The notes beneath the pieces are model-generated. The model did not search any database, had not been told where the DNA came from, and was given only the letters and a program-made list of their open reading frames with translations. The translations under genes and the position numbers were made by a program. DNA of 50,331 nucleotides from contig JAJXVX010000001.1 of the NCBI GenBank assembly GCA_021781915.1, positions 1-50,331 of the forward strand, read 5' to 3'. The DNA comes from a bacterium. GTDB lineage: Bacteria; Patescibacteriota; Saccharimonadia; Saccharimonadales; UBA4665. This document shows, one piece after another, positions 1 through 9,590 of this stretch (positions are counted from its first letter, which is position 1; each line of letters begins with the position of its first letter).

Positions 1-852
1 AAGTGGACTAGGTAAAAATTCAACTACAGCATCGAGTAATTTTTCAACTATAACACCACGGCCATCTCCACCAGACACGGCAAAAAATTTACCGCCAAGA
101 ACTGCTCTTTTGATAGCCTCTTTAATTTCTTCCTCACTTAGACCTTCTTCGCCAACTTCTAGATACTTTTCGAGCATTTCTTCATCTTCAGCTACAGCAT
201 TTTCTACAAGAAGTGATCGGTATTTATTAACCTGGTCCATCATATCGGCTGGAATCTCACCAACTATAAGTTCATGGTCGGTAAAACTTTTGTAGGAATA
301 CGATTTCATCGATATTAAGTCAACAACACCGCTAACTGATTGCTCAAAGCCAATTGGCAAATGAATTGGAAACGCTCTTTTAGATAAACGATTATGAATA
401 GACTCGAGAGATTTATAGAAGTCTCCACCGGTTTGATTTATTTTATTAATAAAACAAATCCTAGGTACTCCGTATTTATCGGCTTGTCGCCAAACAGTTT
501 CTGATTGACTTTCAACACCCATTTTACCGTCGAATACAACTACAGCACCATCTAGTACTCGAAGACTTCGTTCAACCTCAACAGTAAAGTCAATGTGTCC
601 CGGAGTATCGATAATGTTAATTTGGTGATTCTTCCAATAACAAGTAACAGCTGCGGAAACAATGGTGATCCCACGTTCTCTTTCTTGAGCCATCCAATCA
701 GTTGTAGTTTCACCCTCATGGACTGCTCCAATCTTATGCTTTAAACCAGTACGATAAAGTATTCCCTCAGTAGTAGTAGTTTTACCTGCATCAATGTGAG
801 CAATGATTCCAATGTTTCTTAACTTATCAATCGTGTATTGTTTTTCTGCCAT
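1..852 (-). CDS. fusA: Elongation factor G, N-terminal 284 codons (gene runs off the window's left edge)
   Basis: Hand translation from ATG at 852-850 gives MAEKQYTIDKLRNIGIIAHIDAGKTTTTE...DTPGHIDF...INKINQTGG, which are the G1/G3/G4 GTPase motifs of EF-G. Lies downstream of rpsL-rpsG as in the str operon. Not in the ORF track because no stop falls inside the window. Confidence 0.95.
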   Translation of the reverse strand, partial: MAEKQYTIDKLRNIGIIAHIDAGKTTTTEGILYRTGLKHKIGAVHEGETTTDWMAQERERGITIVSAAVTCYWKNHQINIIDTPGHIDFTVEVERSLRVLDGAVVVFDGKMGVESQSETVWRQADKYGVPRICFINKINQTGGDFYKSLESIHNRLSKRAFPIHLPIGFEQSVSGVVDLISMKSYSYKSFTDHELIVGEIPADMMDQVNKYRSLLVENAVAEDEEMLEKYLEVGEEGLSEEEIKEAIKRAVLGGKFFAVSGGDGRGVIVEKLLDAVVEFLPSPL

Positions 853-873
853 AATAGTCCCTTTTTATTTGAT

Positions 874-1356
874 TTAAGCCATTCGAGCGAAATGAGCAAA
901 TGCTCGGTTCGATTCAGCCATCTTATGCGTATCTTCTTTTTTCTTAACAGATGTACCGGTATTGTTATAAGCATCAACCAGCTCTGAAGCAATACATTCA
1001 GTCATGTTAGTGCCTTTTTTGGCCCTACAAGCTGCCACAAACCACATAGTTGTAAGATGGTTTTGTCTTTGGCCTCTTACTTCAAAAGGTATTTGATAGT
1101 TAGCACCACCGACTCTTCTGGATCGTGTTTCCATATGTGGTTCAATGTTCCTAAAGGCTTGTTCAAAGACATCCAGAGGATTATCGACTTTTAATTTTTT
1201 GGCAGCAAGTGCCATACCGTCATAAACCAATTTCTCGGCTAACTGTTTTTTGCCTTGTTTCATGATACGGTTGATTAACTTCTGTACCTTGATGTTGTTA
1301 TAAACTCGATCAGGTTTAACTTGTCTAATTAATGATTTAGTGACTTTTCTAGGCAT
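874..1356 (-). CDS. rpsG: 30S ribosomal protein S7
   Basis: 160 aa, MPRK...IRQVKPD..., with the typical S7 C-terminus ...KKEDTHKMAESNRAFAHFR. Sits in the rpsL-rpsG-fusA order. Its start overlaps the rpsL stop (TAATG). Confidence 0.97.
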   Translation of the reverse strand: MPRKVTKSLIRQVKPDRVYNNIKVQKLINRIMKQGKKQLAEKLVYDGMALAAKKLKVDNPLDVFEQAFRNIEPHMETRSRRVGGANYQIPFEVRGQRQNHLTTMWFVAACRAKKGTNMTECIASELVDAYNNTGTSVKKKEDTHKMAESNRAFAHFARMA

Positions 1357-1769
1357 TATTTTTTCTCCGCCTTAGCACCGTATTTAGAACGACCTTGTTT
1401 ACGGTTGTTAACGCCTTGCAAATCGAAAGCACCTCTAACGATGTGGTATCTCACACCTGGTAAATCTTTAACACGTCCGCCGCGAACTAGGACTACAGCA
1501 TGTTCCTGTAAATTGTGGCCTTCGCCACCAATGTAAGCCCAAACTTCATAACCATTAGTTAAACGAACACGCGCAACTTTTCGAAGTGCTGAGTTTGGTT
1601 TCTTTGGTGTTTTAGTAGTAACCTTAACGCAAACTCCACGTTTAAATGGTGAAGGCTTTTCGTAAGATTTATTTTTTAGATTATTCACCACTCTGCCCAT
1701 AGCTGGTGATTTTGTCTTAGTAGTAGTCTTTGATCTAGACTTCCTGACTAATTGATTAATAGTTGGCAT
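1356..1769 (-). CDS. rpsL: 30S ribosomal protein S12
   Basis: 137 aa, [10 protein letters not shown]...KSPA...[28 protein letters not shown]. Strong SD AAGGAGA (1774-1780) lies 4 nt upstream of the ATG. Confidence 0.97.
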   Translation of the reverse strand: MPTINQLVRKSRSKTTTKTKSPAMGRVVNNLKNKSYEKPSPFKRGVCVKVTTKTPKKPNSALRKVARVRLTNGYEVWAYIGGEGHNLQEHAVVLVRGGRVKDLPGVRYHIVRGAFDLQGVNNRKQGRSKYGAKAEKK

Positions 1770-1897
1770 TTATTCTCCTTGTGTTTAACTCTACCGCTTC
1801 AGGGGATTGTCGCCAGATGCCGCTAACAACAATTATTCCCTTCTTATTCAAAGCTCGGAGTCTTAAATAATATATATTCCGATATACTTTAGCAAAC

Positions 1898-4800
1898 TTA
1901 TGCTAAATTATCAACTAAGTCGACATCTTTAACTTCTAAATTGACGTCTTCCTTACTCCTATAACCAGTACCGACAGGTATCTTTCGTCCTAATATAACA
2001 TTTTCTTTAAGACCGAATAGTTTGTCAGTTTTACCGCTAGTAGCAGCAGCTATTAGTACCCTTGTTGTGTCCTGGAAGGATGCTGCAGAAAGGAATGAGT
2101 CGGTTGAAAGACTAGCTTTAGTAATTCCCAACAATAGTTGAATCACGACAGCTGGTTGCTTATTGTCGTTGACCAGACGCTCATTTTGTTCAGCAACAGA
2201 TAATTTTGAAACTATATCGCCAGTTACGAAATCACTATCGTTCGGCTCTTCGACTTGAACTCGTGAGAACATTTGTCGAACTATAATCTCAAGGTGCTTC
2301 GAAGAAATGTTCTGGCCTTGGCCGGCAAAGATTCGTAGAATTTCATTCATGATGTATCTTTGAGTCGCTTCAACTCCTTGAAGTCTCATCAAATCTTGCA
2401 GATTAATTGATCCGTTAGTTAATCTCTGTCCAGCAACAACACTGTCACCATCTTTAATCATTATCTGTTTGAAACTTGGGATTTCATATCTCAAGACACT
2501 TTGTTTAGAAGGCGTCAAAATTATATCAGTTTTGGTGACTTCAACCGAACCACCGATTGGAGCTAAGATTGGCTCTGAATTATCTTCATGAGCAGCTAGT
2601 AATTGGCCTAAGGCAACTTCAGACTTATCGGCAACAAAAGCTTTTCTGTCGGTAAGCTTAAATTTAATTGGCTTAACATTATCAGGTGTTACCGAAATTA
2701 TGTACTGGTTACTCTCTTCACTTAGAGTTGCTACACCGTCAATTTCTGACAGATAGGCTTGACCTTTTGGATTCCTAGCTTCAAACAACTCTTCAATACG
2801 AGAAAGACCCTGTGCAGTTTCATCAAGCATAACAGAACCACCTCGGTGTTTACTGTCTAGGGAAAGCTGAGTACCAGGCTCACCTATACTTTGAGCTGCA
2901 ATTACGCCAATTGGATGACGATCCGCGACTAACTCATTTGATGATGGATCTAGTCCATAAGATTTTTGAGGAATTCCCCAAACACTAGTACAGCTTAATG
3001 CGCTCATTATTTTAACTGCATCAACGTTTTCATCTTTTTCCATTTTTTCAGCGATTTCTGCAGTAATTAGTTCGCCTTTTTTGACGTATCCTTTAACAGC
3101 ATCAGCAGCGTATCGTCCAGTTAATCGGAATGAATAGCTTACTCCGATTTCAGCTGCATCGGATCTAAGCATCGTAAATCCAGGATCATTTTCATCGTCT
3201 GAAATAGTAAAGACGTCTTGCGCCACATCAACCAATCGTCTTGTTAGATAACCAGCATCGGCAGTCTTTAGGGCGATATCTATTAGAGACTTTCTGGTAC
3301 CTCTAGTACCGGTAAAGTACTCTAGTGGTTCGAGTCCCTTCATATAGCTTGACTTAATTGGTAATTCAATAGCTTGTCCCGAAGCATCGGATCTAATACC
3401 AAGCATACCTACTGTGTCTTTCATGGAAGAAATATTACCTCGAGCACCTGAATAAATAGCAATAGCCATGGATGAGTCGACGTTGACCATCTGTTTTGAA
3501 AGCATATCACCAACTCTGGCATCAACTTTAGTCCAGTGTTCAACAATCAATCGATGTCTTTCATCATCATTTATGAATCCAGCGGCGAAATCATCAGCAA
3601 TTTTAGAAGCAATATCTTCACCTTCATCAATAACCTTATCCATACCCTCAACCGGTACGAAGTCATTCATACCCATTGATAACCCCGATACTGTTGCATA
3701 GTAAAATCCTACCTCTTTAAGGGTATCGGCAATTTCGGCTGTCATTTCCTGGCCGTACTTAGCGTAAATGTCTACCATTAACTTCTGTAAACGCTTCTTG
3801 GTCATAACATCGTCTTGAAAATCAAAATCTTCCGGAAATGCTTCATTGAACAAAATTCTTCCAAAAGTAGTATGCCTAATCTGACCCTTAAACGGCAATT
3901 TAACAAAACTTTGAACGGCAATTATACCAGCGTCGTAAGCCATCGAGGCCTCATCTAAGGACTCAAACACTTTAGTGTCTTCGATTGAGTACTTTTGTTT
4001 AATATAGGTCAAGTAGTAGCAACCAAGTACGATATCCTGTTCAATGTGAAGAATTGGAGAACCATCAGCTGGTTTAAGCAAGTTTTTGCTAGCAACCATG
4101 ATATCTCTGACCTCAGCTTGTGCTTCATCACTCAGAGGAAGGTGTACGGCCATTTGGTCACCATCAAAGTCGGCGTTAAAACCTTTACATACTAGTGGGT
4201 GAAGCTGTATAGCTCGTCCTTCAATAAGTACTGGCATAAAAGCTTGAATACTTAATCGGTGAAGACTAGGCGCACGGTTTAGTAAAACATACTTATCTTT
4301 AATAACTGTATCAAGAGCATCCCAGACAACTGTTTCACCCATTTCGATTAATCGAGTGGCGCTTCTAATGTTGTGTGCTAGCTCTTTTTCAATTAGTTCT
4401 CCTATGACAAACGGTTTAAACAATTCAAGTGCCATCATTTTCGGCAAACCACATTGATTAATCTTAAGATCTGGTCCGGCAACTATAACTGAACGACCAG
4501 AATAATCTACTCTCTTACCGAGTAAGTTTTGTCTAAAACGTCCTTGCTTACCTTTTAGGAGGTCGGATAAACTCTTCAATTTTCTTCTCTGTCCGGTTGA
4601 GGCAACTGCCCGGCCGCTTCTAGTAGAGTTGTTATCTATTAAGGCATCAACTGCTTCTTGTAACATTCTCTGTTCATTCCGTCTAATTACTTCCGGAGCG
4701 TTTAATTCGATTAGTTTTTTCAATCGATTGTTTCGATTGATTACTCGTCTATAAAGATCGTTAAGATCGCTAGTGGCAAACCTTCCACCAGTTAGCTGTA

Positions 4801-5734
4801 CCATTGGTCTCAAATCTGGAGGGATAACAGGTAAAACAGAAATACATAAAGAACTTGGCTCGATATTAGCTTTTTTCATACTCTCAATCAAGCGAAGTCT
4901 CTTCATGATTTTTTTCTTTCGCTGACCCTTAGCATCTTCGGCTTCTTTGCTTAAATCGTCGATTAATGAATCGAGATTTACAGCTTCAAGTAAATCACGA
5001 AGGGCTGAGCCACCCATACCAACCGTAACTAGCTCTTTTAAATTATCTGGTAAATTTCGATAATCGGTTTCCGAAATTAAAGCAAACTTATTAAGCCCGT
5101 CTATTTGTTCTTTAAATTCGTTGAAATTATCGACTAACTCGGTCATTTCTTTATTCTGTAGTTCAGCGAGTGCCTTTACATTAGAGTCTTCATTTTTAAC
5201 TTCATTTTCAAAACGTAGTTTAATAGCTTCTTTAGCGGCATTGAACTCAGCTTCTTTGTCAGCCAATAATTGTTCTTTTTTAGCTGTATCAACTGTTTTA
5301 ATAACGTAAGATGCGAAGTAGGCAATCTTTTCTAGATTTTTAACAGTTAGACCTAGAATTAATCCCATAGCACTCGGAGTGCCCTTTAAGAACCAAATAT
5401 GAGCAACTGGTACTGCAAGACTAATATGACCCATTCTCTCACGTCGAACTATTGATTTAGTGACAAGCTCACCTTTTTTGTCAACAGCAGCTTCTCGGCT
5501 TCGAACACCTTTGTATTTAGCATCATGTGGGTTAATGTCTTTAACTGGTCCGAAGATTCTTTCACAAAACAAGCCGTCTCTTTCCGGTTTTTGAGTACGG
5601 TAGTTAATTGTCTCGGGCTTGGTTACTTCTCCGTAACTCCAGTCTAAGATATCGCCAGGACTTGCAACAGCCAGTCGAACGGCATCAAACTCAGAAATAT
5701 CAGCGCTAAGCGATTGATAGTAATTTGGATTCAT
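1898..5734 (-). CDS. rpoC: DNA-directed RNA polymerase subunit beta-prime
   Basis: 1278 aa containing the catalytic NADFDGDQMAVH motif. The ATG overlaps the rpoB stop by 1 nt (TAATG). Confidence 0.98.
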   Translation of the reverse strand: MNPNYYQSLSADISEFDAVRLAVASPGDILDWSYGEVTKPETINYRTQKPERDGLFCERIFGPVKDINPHDAKYKGVRSREAAVDKKGELVTKSIVRRERMGHISLAVPVAHIWFLKGTPSAMGLILGLTVKNLEKIAYFASYVIKTVDTAKKEQLLADKEAEFNAAKEAIKLRFENEVKNEDSNVKALAELQNKEMTELVDNFNEFKEQIDGLNKFALISETDYRNLPDNLKELVTVGMGGSALRDLLEAVNLDSLIDDLSKEAEDAKGQRKKKIMKRLRLIESMKKANIEPSSLCISVLPVIPPDLRPMVQLTGGRFATSDLNDLYRRVINRNNRLKKLIELNAPEVIRRNEQRMLQEAVDALIDNNSTRSGRAVASTGQRRKLKSLSDLLKGKQGRFRQNLLGKRVDYSGRSVIVAGPDLKINQCGLPKMMALELFKPFVIGELIEKELAHNIRSATRLIEMGETVVWDALDTVIKDKYVLLNRAPSLHRLSIQAFMPVLIEGRAIQLHPLVCKGFNADFDGDQMAVHLPLSDEAQAEVRDIMVASKNLLKPADGSPILHIEQDIVLGCYYLTYIKQKYSIEDTKVFESLDEASMAYDAGIIAVQSFVKLPFKGQIRHTTFGRILFNEAFPEDFDFQDDVMTKKRLQKLMVDIYAKYGQEMTAEIADTLKEVGFYYATVSGLSMGMNDFVPVEGMDKVIDEGEDIASKIADDFAAGFINDDERHRLIVEHWTKVDARVGDMLSKQMVNVDSSMAIAIYSGARGNISSMKDTVGMLGIRSDASGQAIELPIKSSYMKGLEPLEYFTGTRGTRKSLIDIALKTADAGYLTRRLVDVAQDVFTISDDENDPGFTMLRSDAAEIGVSYSFRLTGRYAADAVKGYVKKGELITAEIAEKMEKDENVDAVKIMSALSCTSVWGIPQKSYGLDPSSNELVADRHPIGVIAAQSIGEPGTQLSLDSKHRGGSVMLDETAQGLSRIEELFEARNPKGQAYLSEIDGVATLSEESNQYIISVTPDNVKPIKFKLTDRKAFVADKSEVALGQLLAAHEDNSEPILAPIGGSVEVTKTDIILTPSKQSVLRYEIPSFKQIMIKDGDSVVAGQRLTNGSINLQDLMRLQGVEATQRYIMNEILRIFAGQGQNISSKHLEIIVRQMFSRVQVEEPNDSDFVTGDIVSKLSVAEQNERLVNDNKQPAVVIQLLLGITKASLSTDSFLSAASFQDTTRVLIAAATSGKTDKLFGLKENVILGRKIPVGTGYRSKEDVNLEVKDVDLVDNLA

Positions 5735-8700
5735 TATGCTAACTCCTTTTCTTCTTCATCGTTTGTTGTAGTCTGGTCATCGTCATCATCATTAACATTT
5801 ACCGATACAGTGAAATCATCAGATAAATCATCATCTAAATCAACTAGAGATAGATCATCACCCGGAACTTCATCGGTTACATCAATATCGGAAGCAATCG
5901 GCTCTGGAACATCGACTGTTGATGGATGGACAGCTTCCTCGTGAATATTAGAAGCTAATATATCCTCAGCATCAATAATGCTTTCTGATTTAATTAAATC
6001 AACCTTCAAACCGAGACCTTGTAGTTCTTTAACTAAGACATTAAAGCTTTCTGGAACTTTAGGTCCAAGTATTTTATTTTTCTTAATGATTGATTCATAG
6101 GCTTTTGATCGTCCATAAACATCATCGGACTTAATAGTTAACATTTCCTGTAATGTGGTAGCTGCACCATAAGCCTCTAGCGCCCATACTTCCATTTCAC
6201 CAAATCTTTGCCCACCATTTTGAGCTTTACCGCCAAGAGGCTGTTGAGTAACCATGGTGTACGGACCAGTCGAACGAGCATGAATCTTGTCGGTTACCAT
6301 GTGGTTTAACTTGTTCATATACATTGAACCAACAGTGGTTTTTTCCTTGAAAGCCTCACCGGTACGACCATCAAATAACTGCTGCTTACCATCTTCTGGT
6401 AACTTAGCTTCTTTAAGCAATTCTTGAATTTTCGATAAAGAAACACCGTTGAAAGATGGTGAGGCAACTTTAATTCCAAGTGCCCTAGCAGCCATTCCCA
6501 AGTGAACCTCAAATAGCTGTCCTAGGTTCATACGTGAAGGCACACCTAATGGGTTTAGAATAATGTCAACTGGAGTACCATCCTCCATATAAGGCATATC
6601 TTCAATTGGAAGAATTCTGGCGATAACACCTTTGTTTCCGTGTCGACCACCTAATTTATCTCCGACTGATATTTTTCTCATTTGGGCGACAAATACTTTG
6701 ATTTGCATGATAACACCAGCTTTTAAGTCGTGACCGGTTTCTTTGGAGAAAATTTTAACGCCGACGACTTTACCGTGTTTACCATTACTCATTCTTTGTG
6801 ATGTATCACGAACTTCTTTAGCTTTTTCGCCGAAAATAGCACGTAGTAGTCTTTCTTCGGAGCTTAATTCTTGTTCTCCTTTTGGTGTAATTTTTCCAAC
6901 CAGGATATCTCCAGGGTGAACTTCAGCACCAATTCTGACTATGCCGTTTTCATCCAAATGTCTTAATGACTCTTCAGATACATTAGGAATATCTCTTGTA
7001 ACAATTTCCGGACCAAGCTTAGTCTCGCGAACTTCAATCATAAAATCTACGATATGAATCGAGGTCAAAGTATCGTCTTCAACTAATTTACGACTAATGA
7101 TGATAGCGTCTTCAAAGTTGTAGCCAGACCATGGCATAAATGCAGTAACAAGATCTTTGCCAAGAGCCAATTCACCATCTTTAATGGACATTCCTTCTAG
7201 TATCACATCGCCTTTTTTGACTGTCTCACCTGATCTTACAACAACTTTTTGATTTATTGAGGTACCCTCATTGCTTCGAACAAACCTAGCTGGTAAGTAG
7301 GTTTTACTACCGTCCTTATATTCAATTACGACTTTTTTAGCACTAGCGCTAATAACTTTACCGTCAGCCTCAGCTACTACTATTTGACCAGTATTCCTAG
7401 CAACAATCTCTTCCAGACCAGTTCCAACAATTGGACTTTCTGGTTGAATTAAGGGCACAGCCTGTCGTTGCTGATTAGAACCCATTAGACTTCTAAGAAC
7501 ATAGTTTTTTTCAATAAATGGAATTAGGCCGGCTGTTGATCCAATAATCTGGTTGTGAGCTGCATCAATATAATTAACTTCGTCAGCACTGACTTCACCA
7601 GCTTTTAGATTTATTCTGGCGCTTACGCGTTCACTAACAAAGTAGCCTTTTTCGTCTACTTCAGATCCGACTGATGCAATCACGACCGAAGCCTCTTGAT
7701 CGGCATCCAAATAAACAATTTCGTCACTTACTCTAGCTTTTACAGGCCAAGTGATTCTAGATTTAACTTTAGATAATTTAGCGATGTCGTCCTTAGTGAT
7801 GACTTTATCGGCTTTAACTAATACTTTTTCTTTTTCATCAACATAATCGACTAAAGAAATTTCACCTAAAAGTTTATCGGTTGGCAAGGCATTGATAACT
7901 TTTCGATAAGGGGTCTCTAAAAATCCGAATTCATTAACCTTGGTGTAACTTGCCATATTTAGTACCAATCCAATGTTGGCACCTTCAGGAGTTTCAACGG
8001 CACAGATTCGTCCATAATGGGTAGCATGAGCATCACGAACATCAAAACCAGCTCTTTCTCGGTTAAGTCCACCTGGACCCATTGATGACAATCGTCTCTT
8101 AGTAGCAAGTTCAGATAATGGGTTGATTTGATCCATGAATTGCGATAACTGGGAAGATGCAAAGAACTCACGTACAGAAGCAACAATTGGACGTGCATTG
8201 ATTAACTGAGTTGGCGAAACAGCCTCAATATCCGACATAGACATTCGATCTTTGGTGTTTCTTTCCATACGCAATAAGCCGATTCTGAATTGTCGTTGAA
8301 CTAATTCGCCGACTAGTCTTATTCTTCTAGAAGCCAAACTATCAATATCATCTGGTTGTTCCTGAGTATTATTAAGACGGATAATTTCAGCTATGATTGC
8401 CAAAATATCCTCAAGTCGCATAACACGATTTTCAATCGTATTTAGAACATCCATATTTAGCCGCTTATTCATTCTGTAACGTCCAACTCTTGAGAAATCA
8501 AAACGCTTAAAGTTATAGAACATGTTTTCAATTAACGTTTTAGCGTTGTCTACAGTGGCTAAATCACCCGGTCTAAGCCTTCGATAAACTTCAATTAAAG
8601 CTTCGTTTTGACCCTTAGACGGATCTTTATCTAGAGTAGCTTCAACGTAACTTACTCGGCCAGTATCGACATGTTTCATCTGATCTTTGATAGCCGACTC

Positions 8701-9306
8701 AGTCATGCCTAAAGCTTTTAGTAGAGTCGTAACGGGCAACTTTCTCTTTCGGTCAATTTTGACATATATAGACCCATTGGCGGCAGTTTCAAATTCTAGC
8801 CAAGCACCTCGTCCCGGAATAACTTTAGCTCCGTAAAGCAAATTCAGAGCATGCTGTTCGCCGGTAAAGAAAACACCAGCTGATCTGATAAGCTGGCTAA
8901 CGACAACTCTTTCAGCGCCGTTTATAACAAATGTCCCACGGTCTGTCATCCAGGGATAGTCACCAAGATAGATTTCCTGTTCTTTAACTTCTCCGGTTAT
9001 TTTATTAGTTAACTCAACTCGAGCTAGTAACGGAGCTTCATAGGTAACATTATTCTCACGAGCTTCCCACTCAGAAATCTTTGGCTCATCGAAATGATAA
9101 TCGAGAAACTTAAGAGTTAATTTAGTGCCAGTATAGTCTTCAATTGGACTTATCTCAGCGAATAACTCACCTAAACCTTCTTGAACCAACCAAGCGAATG
9201 ACTTGTTTTGATGCTCAATCAAGTTTGGAATTTCAATATAGTTATCTTTTTTAGTGTAATAGACTCGCTTCTCGTTTTTAGATTTGACGACACTAGAATT
9301 GACCAT
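5734..9306 (-). CDS. rpoB: DNA-directed RNA polymerase subunit beta, with a roughly 85-aa acidic C-terminal tail
   Basis: 1190 aa with conserved beta-subunit blocks (GDKLGGRHGNKGV, NPLGVPSRMNLGQ, QRFGEMEVWALEAYGA). The tail after ...LVKELQGLGLKVDLI is D/E rich. Confidence 0.98.
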   Translation of the reverse strand: MVNSSVVKSKNEKRVYYTKKDNYIEIPNLIEHQNKSFAWLVQEGLGELFAEISPIEDYTGTKLTLKFLDYHFDEPKISEWEARENNVTYEAPLLARVELTNKITGEVKEQEIYLGDYPWMTDRGTFVINGAERVVVSQLIRSAGVFFTGEQHALNLLYGAKVIPGRGAWLEFETAANGSIYVKIDRKRKLPVTTLLKALGMTESAIKDQMKHVDTGRVSYVEATLDKDPSKGQNEALIEVYRRLRPGDLATVDNAKTLIENMFYNFKRFDFSRVGRYRMNKRLNMDVLNTIENRVMRLEDILAIIAEIIRLNNTQEQPDDIDSLASRRIRLVGELVQRQFRIGLLRMERNTKDRMSMSDIEAVSPTQLINARPIVASVREFFASSQLSQFMDQINPLSELATKRRLSSMGPGGLNRERAGFDVRDAHATHYGRICAVETPEGANIGLVLNMASYTKVNEFGFLETPYRKVINALPTDKLLGEISLVDYVDEKEKVLVKADKVITKDDIAKLSKVKSRITWPVKARVSDEIVYLDADQEASVVIASVGSEVDEKGYFVSERVSARINLKAGEVSADEVNYIDAAHNQIIGSTAGLIPFIEKNYVLRSLMGSNQQRQAVPLIQPESPIVGTGLEEIVARNTGQIVVAEADGKVISASAKKVVIEYKDGSKTYLPARFVRSNEGTSINQKVVVRSGETVKKGDVILEGMSIKDGELALGKDLVTAFMPWSGYNFEDAIIISRKLVEDDTLTSIHIVDFMIEVRETKLGPEIVTRDIPNVSEESLRHLDENGIVRIGAEVHPGDILVGKITPKGEQELSSEERLLRAIFGEKAKEVRDTSQRMSNGKHGKVVGVKIFSKETGHDLKAGVIMQIKVFVAQMRKISVGDKLGGRHGNKGVIARILPIEDMPYMEDGTPVDIILNPLGVPSRMNLGQLFEVHLGMAARALGIKVASPSFNGVSLSKIQELLKEAKLPEDGKQQLFDGRTGEAFKEKTTVGSMYMNKLNHMVTDKIHARSTGPYTMVTQQPLGGKAQNGGQRFGEMEVWALEAYGAATTLQEMLTIKSDDVYGRSKAYESIIKKNKILGPKVPESFNVLVKELQGLGLKVDLIKSESIIDAEDILASNIHEEAVHPSTVDVPEPIASDIDVTDEVPGDDLSLVDLDDDLSDDFTVSVNVNDDDDDQTTTNDEEEKELA

Positions 9307-9355
9307 TTAAAATCAACGCCCCCTATATTATTCTTGATAATAACTAATAATTAAC

Positions 9356-9377
9356 AAATGGGGTTTTAAACCCATTT
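9356..9377 (-). other. Hairpin in the rpoB 5-prime leader (AAATGGG / CCCATTT, 8-nt loop)
   Basis: 7-bp perfect inverted repeat at 9356-9362 and 9371-9377, followed on the minus-strand RNA by a U-rich stretch (UUUGUUAAUUAUU). Located about 50 nt upstream of the rpoB ATG. Folded by eye only. Confidence 0.35.
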
Positions 9378-9484
9378 TTATCTGTTTTATTGTATTTTTG
9401 TTTATAATTCGCGCGAAGGAAACTAAGCAGGGGGTTTTTAGATAAATACATAAAAAGCCTGTCTTACACTACTTCTTGTATTAC

Positions 9485-9514
9485 ATTCTAAACTGTTTCT
9501 AGAACAATTGTCAA
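9485..9514 (-). promoter_or_regulatory. Candidate sigma-70-type promoter for rpoBC (TTGACA-N18-TAGAAT)
   Basis: On the minus strand, TTGACA is at 9514-9509 and TAGAAT at 9490-9485. This implies a leader of about 170 nt before the rpoB ATG at 9306. Confidence 0.4.
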
Positions 9515-9590
9515 CTACATTAGAAAGAGTCTAATTATCATACTTGTATTTTTCAAATAATATTATAAAATACTACGAACTAAGGCATCT

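Noticed and set aside
3468-8198. Short ORFs (61-87 aa) inside rpoC and rpoB, either antisense or in alternative same-strand frames. Similar ORFs lie inside fusA, tig, recG, clpC, radA, gatA, dnaE, pepN and other genes (for example 110-295, 11661-12059, 23050-23394, 43912-44319).
   Set aside because: They are fully nested in strongly supported conserved genes. Their S/L/F-rich composition is typical of off-frame translation of AT-rich coding DNA, and they show no independent signals.
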